Assembly (NCBI GenBank): GCA_963924565.1
Contig: OZ004613.1
Span: 27,404,001-27,468,000, forward strand
Length of the DNA stretch: 64,000 nt
Source of the DNA: Ascidiella aspersa
Taxonomy: Eukaryota
Direction of reading: 5' to 3'
Part shown: in pieces, positions 51,153-62,830 of the stretch
How the letters are laid out: each line of letters starts with the position of its first letter
Position numbering within the stretch: position 1 is the stretch's first letter
Made by a program: the position numbers and the translations under genes
Notes under the pieces: generated by a model
What the model was told of the DNA's origin: nothing
What the model saw: the letters and a program-made list of their open reading frames with translations, nothing else
Databases searched by the model: none

Positions 51153-52653
51153 TCAATGACATGCATAAAAGTTGTTCTGTTTTCTTGTTGAAATTAAATT
51201 CGATATTGTAGGAGTAGTACTTGCTGCTTGTGTTGCTAACTTGGTGCTTGTAACTGCTAATTAAACAAAAATGATGAGTACTTGTTTAAATATATTATAA
51301 AAACATTACTGAGATCAAGCTTAGTAAAACATTCCAATCTTACTGCAATAGTCAATACTTGAAAATAAAAAAATCCTTCGATTTTTAGGTTTGTTTTAAC
51401 AGGTAAAATTTTTATTCAACAGCATCATATCATCAGTGTTAAAATGCATGAACGTTCTGTAATAGCGTCACAAATTATTGCAGATGGAATGTAATACAAG
51501 CTTTACACAACAAAACGTAAAAGATTTTACAAACTTTACCGGCAACTGAAAAGGAACTGTGATAACTCCCCCAATGTTTTGTAGTAATCTCATTCTTGGT
51601 ACTTCCATCGTATCTGCTTAATCCCTCGATGTTATGAACAATAACAGGCCCTCCACTATCTTAAGGAAATTTGCCATTTTAGCTACCTAACATTACAATA
51701 AAACCTTTTGAACCATGATTTAGAAATAGAAATAATGTTGAAGGCCTTTAGTTCACTGAAATCAAATTAAAATCTTTTCAAATACCATAATATTAATTGC
51801 GGTATTTATTTTTCTTGACTAAAATCCTGACGAGTTGCTTTATTATTGGAAACAAGTTACGAATCAAAGTCGTTTGCATAAAAAAGTAATTCCATATGCA
51901 CACAAAAATATTTGATATGCACACAAAATAATTGTTACACTATTAAAGCACCCTCGTCTCATTTTATCCAGACAAGTGTTTTTCGAGCAAATACCAAAAC
52001 CTAAACATAAAGCATGGAAACTGATTTACGTGCACAGGTAAAAATATAGACCCCTTGTGAAGATTTTGAACAGAAACCATGACATTTAGCTTTATGATTT
52101 TTTGAGATCAAATTATTATTGATTGAAATCACATCAAGTCAAGACTTTTTCAAGCAGTGTTGGACTTGAGTGTATACAAGTCATTAAATACTATTTTTTG
52201 GCTTCTGTTTCAAATATCTAGTGTGTTATGAAAAACTTGTTATTGCAATTACTTGTGATAACGCCGGCATGAATGGCCGCCTTGCAAATAGACGAGTCAC
52301 AAGTGTAAATATCGGTTCCCCAAACTCTTGTACGATCATTCCTGCATCCTTGTGGACAGATGACAGTGAATACTTTCGAACTTTCTGAATCAGCCGTTTT
52401 ACTGCAAGAAACTGCAAATAAAGTTCAATGTTACCATTATCATGAAGAAATATTTATAAAAACAATCATCTAAAGTAAACAAAAGGTGACCACAACTGTT
52501 TACTGTTCAAGAACGCAAAATTCCTGTAGACTTGTTTATAGGAATTAATATTTACTGGCATAATTGTCATGCTATAAGCAAATCACCTGCACTGTTTACC
52601 AATAGGGGTAACGCAGTCCAAACCAATATCCACAAGAGTTGTTTTGTCTTCAT
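51153..52653 (-). CDS. LCCL copy 3: predicted secreted truncated form (or pseudogene); out-of-frame TM/tail remnant continues to ~50540
   Basis: complement(join(51153..51256,51540..51659,52253..52411,52587..52653)). Signal and LCCL are intact. A 2-bp deletion near 51176 gives ..STRKQNNFYACH* before the TM. A second stop lies at 50609 in the old tail frame. Confidence 0.65.
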
Positions 52654-54970
52654 TGCACGTTGTATTTGCCTTTCAATATGACGAAAGCAATTAAAGCCAT
52701 AGATAATATTTGAAATAAACTTCTTACTTTATTAATTGTCTTCAAATCAACTCTTTCCTCGATAAAGGGATGCGCGGACAGTATTTGCCAAATATTTGTG
52801 ATTATTGTCTTATTTTAGTCTTGTTTTGTCATATTTTAGTCCAACACTTCCTGCTTTTGTGATGCAGCAGAGTTCAATAAAGTTATGCTTAACTGAACTG
52901 CTTGACAGGCTATTGCCCGGTTTATATCAATCAAAAAATCATGACTACATCTGTTCCACAACCTTTTACGCTCCTTCATTATTCACGCAACTATGCGTAA
53001 CTAAACCTACCTACGCTTTCTGTATACGTGTCTACAAGTGCGTGCCGACAATAATAATAAGTTAATGCCTTTACATTGATTTAGTTTGTTGTTTATAAAT
53101 TTCCCCATTAGTCTACCGATGTATACCTTTTTAAAAAAGTAACTGCAGGTTCCCCATTTTCGTCGGCATTCTCGCATATACTCTATAAATGCAATCATTA
53201 AAAGGAAAATGGAAGACGATGTACAAAGTTTATTAAAAAAACGTCTCTTACGTAATTTTGTGTAATTGGTGAAGTGAAAACAGGGATCCTTCGGAATAAA
53301 GTTCAAGCCACTTCACATAACGTTTATTCGCGACCCATTGCACAAACTTTAGTTGTACCATTCTTTAAATGCTCAGAGTAAATCTAAGACTTACCAATTC
53401 TTGTTTTTTATAGCGCATTTCGAGTGTTGCTTAATATTTTATTGATTACAGATCATAACCTTCCAAAAAGTAAATAATAGAGTAGTTGAATTAAGTAATT
53501 CTCACGAGTAACGTCACTTGAAAGGTCTGGAACCACTGACATAAGTCTGTAGCAGTTTTGTAATGACTTAAGGCAATGACTTGACTTAAACTGTTTTAAA
53601 TGACTTGAATTGACTTTAAGTCTTTTCAAATCACTCAGGTCGGAATGAACTGTTTTCCTTAAGTATTTTTTTTAAATTGAGCTATTTCTGAAAGTCTTTG
53701 CACATAAAACAAATATTGTCTTTTTCTTACTTTTTAGTTTATTTATTGTTCATAATCGTACTATAGTTTAAAAGTTATAATAGTTTAACGTTTTATTTTT
53801 ATGACAAGGACGTGACTTGAAGTTGACTTGCTCTAATTATGACTTGACTGGGATTATTGTGGCTTGATTATTTATTCAAAAAGACTTGCCTTGGACTTCA
53901 GTTATTTTAAAATGACGTGTTTACCACACTGGTCTGTAGTATGGTATTACTAATCAAGTAACAAAATTCCTGGCCATAATTTGACATCGCAGTAGCATAC
54001 CTCGATTTATTGTCACTATTAATAGCACAAAAACGCAAATGACAACGTCACAGGCACTAATGCCACAAAGACAGCACAAAAAACACAAAGCCAACATAGA
54101 GTAGGTGGTGAGGCAAAAGAGTTGGAGTGGGTGTTGAGTAATTATTTTTAGCCGCCGGCCGCATGAGGAACTTAAAGTGCTGTGGCGGGCCGAGTCAAAA
54201 ATAGGATGTGGTATACACGCAATATGACGTCATACGAAATCAAAAAAGCTACCCAATTTGTTATTACGTTTGGAGTTGTGCAAAAATTTGCAATTTAATT
54301 CGAATTTAAAGTAGGTCACGAGACATCGTGCGAAGCGCGAAACAATTGCGGCTATGTTTGTTTTAAAGTGCAAAATTTAATTTAGTTTTGGGGTTATGTG
54401 AAGCATTAAGCAGAGGCAAAAAATGTACATTGCTTGATATATTGGCGTTTGTAGGGCTCGTTGACCCAAAAGTTTAGATTAAAATACGTAAAAATTCGGT
54501 ACAAAAACGTACCATGTTTTCGCGTAAAGCGGGAAAACAATTTTCGTTATAGTATTTAAATCAGGCTAAAAATCGAATTTGACGGGGTCTTGACTAAATC
54601 CGTCAACTTGCCCTTATTTTCGCTTAGCTTATGTATTTTAAGCAAAATAGGCCGCAGGCCGAATTAAAATGCTTAGCGGGCCGTGCCGTATGTTGCCGCA
54701 ATCTGGTCTACAGTAACCAAAACAAGACATGTTTGCGATTTCCTTTAATTTTCGAAGACTTAAGATACTCGGACCAGGTGACGACTGTGGCTTGACATTT
54801 TGTTTCTAAGCAAACAGTATAGAAATCATACGATTTTATAAATATTGTGTTTAAATGACGCTAAATTTGTACAATTATTTTGTAAATGAAGGTGCAATAT
54901 GATAGAATATAGTTCTGCAATATGATAGAATACAGTTGTAAAGAGCTGATTCCAGTTGGCAAAGCAAGAG

Positions 54971-57900
54971 TTAAAAGTGATTTTCGTACACTGGCGTGTT
55001 GTTTTGACTTGACTCGACATTGGCCGGGATGGTTACATATTCCACTTCTGCCTTGGAGGGCAGTTGTGGGTTCATTTCGACGTAATCCTCATCTTTGGAA
55101 TGAACTGGAAAAACTGGATTGGGTTGAATGTAACCATCCTCTTCGTCAACATTTGACACTTTCCCTGTTAAAAATGCTCATATTGTTCGATTGTGTCTTT
55201 ATTTGGTAAGCTTGCAAACACTAGAAAAAGGGTCGTGAAAACCAAAAGGTTGGGAACAATCGCTCACTCATGTTGCTGTATGCCTTGACCATGGACCAAT
55301 GTTCTCATTCGTGGGTCAGAGTTACAACCCGTATGATTATATTTTTTGTTGATATTTAGACTACTGAATGACATATTGTTGCTTAAACAAATATTTTGCA
55401 TTTAGATAACTTATACTTTCGATATAGACATAGTTGTGGGGTTCTGATATTGCCAATGGATTTTCATTTGTAGTATCTTCTACTTGTTGGATTAATATCT
55501 GCTTCAGGCGACATCTGACACAAAGAACACAGTTCAGTATTAGTGCAAGATACTTATCGTCAGGGTTGGATCCAAGCAGTGGAAGGCATGAGGCCATTCT
55601 TCCCCTCCAAACTGTATTTTTGTCCATTTAAACTAGGCAAATGCATTTTTTCTTATGAGTTCAAATTATTGTCATACAATGTCTTGGCCCAATTTAATTA
55701 AATCGTTAAACCCAAAAGGCATCGTTCGTCCCCTCGCACCCTTCAAAATGGCAATTGGCATTTTAAACAATGTTTTTTCGCTGTGCGCGAATCGATACAT
55801 CTTTGTAGTGTAACTTTTTTATCGACAGTAACACCTCTGAAACCTTAAACTTTAACGAAATAAACGAACTTTAGGTTAATTTTCATGACGTTACGTTTAC
55901 ATGATATTTCGTGATTTCACATTTTAAAGTAACTTTTTGAAGTCATTTCGAAAAAAACTTTACGGTCCACCCCCAAAAAAAATCCTAGATCCGCACGGCT
56001 TATCGGTAATAAAAACATAGGGCAACTTAATTTTTTTTTTTATTAAACCACAGAGGAGAATTCATCAGCTTATCCAGACATAGGGATTGGGATATTACTA
56101 TAACTCTATAAAGCCGCTAAGTACACTTGCGTCACGTAAGGTACTTACCCTCTACAGCGCCACCACCAAAGGGCAGCAGAGATGCACAGGATGATAAGTA
56201 GTATTGCGGATATCGCAGTTATTACTTCAACGTTCGAACGTTCATTGATGTGTGTGTTTGCTTCTGAAAATTCGGTAAAAACAAAACAAGATATACGTGA
56301 ATTAAAGGTATAGTGGCCCTGAAGACAAATATGCAAATCTGATGACGTCACTGACAGTTTATACGTGATAAAAAAAATCAGTAAAACTAAAATTATAAAT
56401 CTACAAACTAAAAAAATGTTAAATTTGTTCATTCTGTAGGCTATGTGATGTTATGGACTCCAGCCATAAGCCCGAAATAAGAACAACATCAACATCAAAA
56501 GGAAACAGTTTGGAATAAGACCAAAATATGTCTAACACCTTATAGCCGTAATACCTTCTATATCGAAATAAGGCCAAAATTTGGACATTGAGTCCTTATT
56601 CGGATGACTTTAGGACGTATTCCGGGTGGGTTTATGTCTTATTCAGACGATTTAGATCTTATGTTTTCATTATTGCGTACCGGTATTTGGCTTCATTATG
56701 TCGCTGATCTTAGTGCTATCATATTGTAGATTTTTCTGGTTTAGGATTGTTGCTTTTTAGGTATTATTGTGTTCCCGATGTGAATTACTATTGTTTTCCT
56801 AAATATTATAATTCTAAGCACCGTCTTATTACTATTAGCGGTTGCCCCAATACCTGTCAAAGTTTGAACAGTTGAAGCCACAGACGCTGCGTTGGTTTGA
56901 TTGATGAGCGGACGTGACCCGCTAGCTGTCGGCAACGAAGGAGCTAGAACTTAAACATAGCTGGTCTTAGAAAAACGAGGCCCAGTCAAAAGAGCAACCT
57001 GGATGTGTAGAATAAGAATACATCTCCACGCCCCTATTACACGTAAATGACGACAATGACTTCAAATGGGAGCAAATATTCGTTGGACTTTCCTGTTTTG
57101 TCAAAGTCAATCATTTATACATTCTATTCATTTAAAAGAGAAATATATTTTACCACAAAACAAGGTATCATCAGTGTCTTTATTTGAATGAATCTATCAT
57201 GTCAAAATATGGCATTTTAAACGGACATTGTAATTATAGGAACAACGTAATGAAACGAGAAAATTACAATTTATTGCATTACAAAGAAAAATAAACTAAC
57301 TTTTGGAACAGGCGACAAAATGTTAAGTGCGACTTTCACGTAAAATAGAATTGCATTTGGTTGGCGCAAGTCAGCAAATTATATAAGTCTTGCGTTTTAG
57401 AGGAAATTAGGAAATACGAGGACATAATTCAGTCTTTATTAGTCCTTTGTTAAATTGACACGTTCTCTATTGTCTAAATAATTTTTTTTACGTTTAGGCG
57501 GCGAAATATTTGACTTAATTCCCAGTCAAGACATTCGTAAAATATCTGAAGTACAAGTCAAGTCTTTTCGAATAGATAACAAGTCAAATCTCAGTCCAAG
57601 GTAAGTCCCAGTAAATTCACAATTAGACCAAGTCGACTTAAGTCAAGCTTTTGTCATAGAAATAAACTTTTAAGTTAAAACTGGTAAATTCGTCATATTA
57701 TGAGCAATGATTTAAGCAAAAAAAATACTTAATGCAAGATATAGCAAGAAAGATGTTTTATGCCCGAAAATTAAGGTGAATTACTCAATGTTTGAAAAAC
57801 CTGCTTGATGGAACACTTGTCCAAAAGAATTAAGTCAAGTCAGACATTTAAAATCTGCGACTTAAGTGCACTTTATTTCATTGACTTAAGTAAATACAAT

Positions 57901-60355
57901 ACTGACAGTATCACAACCCAAATATGCGACTACAAACGTAGTTTAAAAGCATTTTTAGAGAACATTTTTAGAGAAGTTCGAACTCACGACCTCCGTCTAT
58001 ACCGGGACCGTCGCTCTACTAACTGAGCAACACAGGCTTAGAGAGGGGCGGGTCGAGAAACAACATGACACCAATACTTGATAAAATAAGGTTTTTAAAA
58101 TTGCGCTTACCCTTACTGCAAGTGTAAGTGACGCTCAAGTATTTGTTCGTCGTTGAGCAATTGTTGCCAAATACATCATTCGTTGCGCTTAGCGTGCAGC
58201 TTGATTTACCGTCGCACATCGATCTCACTTTGTTCAATACACTTGAAGTGCATAGTACTCCGAAATGAGTTGTACCAGAAATCGGACAGCTGAAATCGGA
58301 ATAGTACAATTCTCATCATGTTGAAAATGTATATTGTATCCCCTGGTAAGAATATCAAAGCCCATACAGAAGTATAGGTATCATTCTGAACCTTTCGAAT
58401 ATCTCTTTATTGATTTTCAACATATTGTTTTTTTTGGAACGTTCAAACCGATCCCTACTTCTGTATCGGCTTTGATATTCTTACTGCGTCTTACCACAAC
58501 CTCAGTCATTATTCTAGGAATATATTTAGGGCAAATTTATAAACGCATAGTTTTGGTGCTGTCGCTACAGATATTGCATAGGTGGTAAAAACATAATTAT
58601 TTTGTTTTGATTTTGTCTTACCATCGACACGCTTTAAAATCAACGGTAACGGTAAGCATATGTTAACTACTTCGCGATGATCGTCTCGACCAATAATTCC
58701 CAAACTGTGTTTGTAAGTTCGGAAAGAGAGTATTTGTATTACGAATAGGCATACACGCAAACATTTTAGACTTAAAAACGTACTATTCATTACATGATAA
58801 TAGTTTCATTACACAACAATAGTTTAAGGAAGATTGTAAAATAATTCTCTTTTTTGGTCTGTTAAAATTGTGCTGCGAAACAGTTTTTTTTAGTGTGCCG
58901 CGAGCCAAATAAGTTTGGGAACCTAGACTCTGGTTATTTATCTTTGGTTTCGCAACGGAGTTAAGTCTTTCCTTACATTAATGTATCTTTTCGTCCATAA
59001 CTTGCACTCGTCACGTTAATATGATGATCTTGTAGACACTTGATTGTTAAAGTGGAACCCTCGCAAATGTTCAAGGTGTTTTGTCCTGCATTGGTAAAAT
59101 AGATAAAGCATAAAAAACAGTGTTTTGTGACTGTAGTCAATGATTTTGTTGAGGTGCACCTATAAGCTATTTTTTTAAAAGACTTGGTTTTCGTAAATTA
59201 GATTAATTATTATTTAACTTGAGTCATATGCGCAAGTGACTTGATAATTAAGTGCATTAACTGAATATATTCAGTAAAGTAGGTTATTAAGTTAATTACA
59301 ATGTATAAAAAATATTAAGCTATTTCTTTCGTTATTGATGTTTGCTATGACAAGTATTGCTCAGAGTGGACAGTGTTCACCGGGTTTGAAAGTGTCCTAT
59401 TTATTTTAAGTGTCAACGACGGTATTCGGATTTGCCTTGTTAAATGACTTATGCCCGAACTTAATTTATTCATGCCACAAATAACAACATGTAATGGATA
59501 TTAAAATGGCATACATATTTTAATTACCACTGTTGTTTCAGCATGGTAGAAGTAGGTTCAGGCTGTGATGTGACAAAATAAATCTTTAAAATAGCACAAT
59601 CATTTCTTAATATTAAAGTTGAATGGTGATCAAATATAAACTCGTGTGAACTACGCATGTTTAACAATAGCTCGTGTAGACCAATATGTTACACCTTAAT
59701 CATACATATTTACATCAAATTGATGTTGCCATCACATTACTAAACAGTCTAGGTCCAATCGCATACCACTTGTCTTAAATCGTCGCCAGCTGTTGTATCG
59801 CATTAATTACCGCGCCGCTCTTATTGATAAAATTGCAATTAACATTTCAAAATCTCAACCGAAGCAAGCGCATATTGCAGCAGCCATATTTCTTATAACT
59901 ACGTCAGGTTATGCGCGGCGCTGCTTTGCATTAGATCACCTTCCAGAAAGCCGTGGTTTACTTCTGATAGCATGTTATGTTTTTAAACTTTTCTTTAATC
60001 TGCACCGCTTTCTTTCATATTATATTTTTTACTTTTTTATCAATTTTATTATTATTTTGCTTTGTACAGTCAAACTTTGATGTGTATGGATTTTACTTCA
60101 CTTGTAGGAACGGGCCATCCCTATAGGCAAAATATATATTCCTTTATAAAAAATCTCGTTTTACTCGGGGGTTTTAAACTTCGAACTCTATTTTCCTTAT
60201 AACGAGGAACGCAAACCTACTGTCGAATCTAAAGGAGTTTGTCATACAAAACAGTTATGTTAATAGTCAAGATACAAATTACCTGCAGCAAACTTTGCAA
60301 TCCAAAGTAGATTAACCCAAACAAATATCATGAATAGTTGCTTTAAAATCTTCAT
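54971..60355 (-). CDS. SUEL/RBL type I membrane receptor copy 3, ~309 aa
   Basis: complement(join(54971..55164,55417..55514,56149..56263,56681..56752,56854..56943,58111..58289,58977..59085,60283..60355)). Loop CPISGTTHFGVLC. Frame intact; last donor is GTATAAGT. Confidence 0.83.
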
Positions 60356-61499
60356 TACGTGGCCAATGCACCAGTAGTTTGATATGATTAAAACAGTAAA
60401 AGTACTTTTTTATAAAAACTGAATAACTCAATTTCATTTAAATATAATAGTTCTCTTCTTTTAAATAGGCTGTGCTCAGTGCTTTTTACTATACTTATTT
60501 GCCAAGAAGTTGATTAAGATAGACCTTATTATGCAGCCTTATTACCTTATCGTAAATCTTGTGCCTATAGTAGGGGTTTGACGCAGTATTTCCAATACGC
60601 CTTAGCAATAAGGAAATCATGACCACGTCAAACTGCCTATTCAACCTTTCACTTCCCCTTATTGTTCGTGCTGCTTTCTAATTCCCCATCATGTACTGTA
60701 TTAATCTTATTTCCGCATTACTTTACACCTGACAACACTTACAGGTGTAAACCTTTTGATCAAGTATAAGAAATGTTCAGCTTTAAAACTTTAGCACGTG
60801 GATACAGTCTGAATCAGTCTTCTGTAAATATTGATAACGCAAAAGATATTCAAACTCACCTACATAGGATTTACCGTATCTTTCTACAATATTTTAGTTT
60901 TTATCTCTCAGTGTTATTCGTTCAAGTTTTTCATAAATAAACCGATCAGATATCTGTAAAAATCAAATGCAATACAATCGACTTAAGGGGTTTGTATATT
61001 GCAACCGTTTCATGATAAAATTGGCTCAGTAAGAAAGGGTTCAGCCAATCAACTTTAATGACATTTTCAACCGCGGCATGTTTCAATAAGTGTCACATCA
61101 GTTTGCTCAAACGTTTCCATACGAGAAAAAAACTAATGATCGCCTGTAGTTGATTATAGAACGTAATTTTATTCAAGTCTGTTTGACTAAGTTTTGGAAA
61201 TTCGGCTAACAAAATGATATGGTGCCCCTCACCCCTTGGTGCAGTGTTAAGCACGTGTTTATTTTGCTTTATGGTTGATCCAGACCTGTTTCATACCTTT
61301 TCCCACGATGTACCTATAGTGGTATTTTAAACTCCCTGCGTAACACCAGTTGGTACCCGGTTTTAGAGAAATGTATAACCTCAACCTATTTTTTTTGAAA
61401 CAAAAAGGTAAATTCGATCACAAAAAGAAATCACAAATAATTAGTCAAACAGAGTTGAATAAAATTACGTTTTATAATCAACTACAGGCGATCATTAGT

Positions 61500-62039
61500 A
61501 TATCACTGCTCTTGATTTACGTCGCAAGTGAAGATTCCTTATAGGCTTCTTTCACTCTTTCGACAAGTTTAGACATGAATAAGGTTTCTTAGAAACGGTG
61601 ACACACTGAATTACTAACAGCTTTAATTTAGCAAGGTATAGCACATGTCGCAAAACAATACACAGAAATAAATCGAACCCACATTTGCGATACAGAAGTC
61701 GCACACAGGATCATTGATTCTCATAAATTTAAAGCGAGCCATGCGTTTGTTCGACAGTCAAGCTGTTGCAGTATAGTTCGCAATTAGAGGCCTTAATACT
61801 TTGGTGCCCTATATATGTAATTGAGGGTCAAGTTGTGATCAATTTTTTTGGAAATAATTCTCATACCTTTAAACATTTATTGCGAGGTTTAAGATGATAC
61901 TTGAGAAAGAAAAATAAGCAAAGTATTATTTCAACCTTGCTAATTTGAGGTCTGAGTCGTTTGCCTATAGTTGTTTCATTAAACAACGATTAGTCTATAA
62001 GGAACCTTCACTTGCGCCGTAAATCAAGAGCAGTGATAT
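61500..62039. mobile_element. Non-autonomous DNA transposon with ~45-bp TIRs; right TIR truncated in units 1 and 2
   Basis: atatcactgctcttgatttacgtcgcaagtgaagattccttata (from 61500) is the reverse complement of tataaggaaccttcacttgcgccgtaaatcaagagcagtgatat (to 62039). Confidence 0.8.
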
Positions 62040-62486
62040 TTTGATTTCCTATTCGCTTACGACTTTTCATTTAAAAGTTTTCTGGTGGAATAATTCTATA
62101 AAGTAGAGGTATCAACGTGAAAACAGGGAGAAAAAAGTGTTATAAAGCTGAGCAACAATCGTGTATAACTCTACGTCGAAACTTTTTATTAATGGGAAGT
62201 ATTGGCTTTATAAAGTCTACGATGGAGTACAACCCAGCGCTACCCATGGGCTACAGGCAAAAGATTTGTATTTAGTCATCAGTTATATAGCTGTAGTAAG
62301 TTTCGTCCACACTAAGTTATACCACAGGAAGCTACGCAACTACATCGAGGGCGGAGGAAATACGTTCTTTTGTTAAACATGGGATGCATATAATTTGAAT
62401 GACGCTGCTTAGCGCAACCTACAGTACTAAAGGCAGGATAAACAAACTATAGGCATTTTGGAAATTGTTAGAAGGAAGTAAAAGAG

Positions 62487-62679
62487 TTGATAATAAATTA
62501 TAAAGCCAAAAGGTCGAGCAGATCGAAATCATCTATCATCTTCAGTTAATGTGACTGAGAAGTAAATCATAGCATCGCTTATAAAATGGGAGACGCAATT
62601 GTTATCATTTTTGAGAAAAGTCTTAATCAAGATGATGTCGATCTACTCGACGTTTTTGGCTTTGAGATTCATTATTAAG
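62487..62679. mobile_element. Foldback MITE (same family as 45066-45260)
   Basis: aaagccaaaaggtcgagcagatcga...tcgatctactcgacgtttttggcttt. Confidence 0.6.
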
Positions 62680-62763
62680 CTAAATTTACAGTTCCGTGTA
62701 TAGTATACCCATGTAAAGGTGTTAGTTTTAGAGTATCGGGAAAGCACTGCTATCCCTTGAGCA

Positions 62764-62830
62764 ATGAAGATTTCCGAGGATATTTTGTTCCTTTGCATTC
62801 TGCTAATGTGGATTACAACATTACGTGCAG
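62764..62830 (+). CDS. Leader (signal-peptide) exon of a further gene, probably continuing beyond the window
   Basis: MKISEDILFLCILLMWITTLRA followed by a phase-1 donor GCAG|gtgatt. Same length (67 bp) and donor context as the leader exon of LCCL copy 3. No downstream exon identified. Confidence 0.55.

Larger units (their letters stand above)
49763..62011. repeat. Tandem segmental unit 3
   Basis: Colinear with units 1 and 2; homology ends at ggaaccttcac (~62011). Confidence 0.95.
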
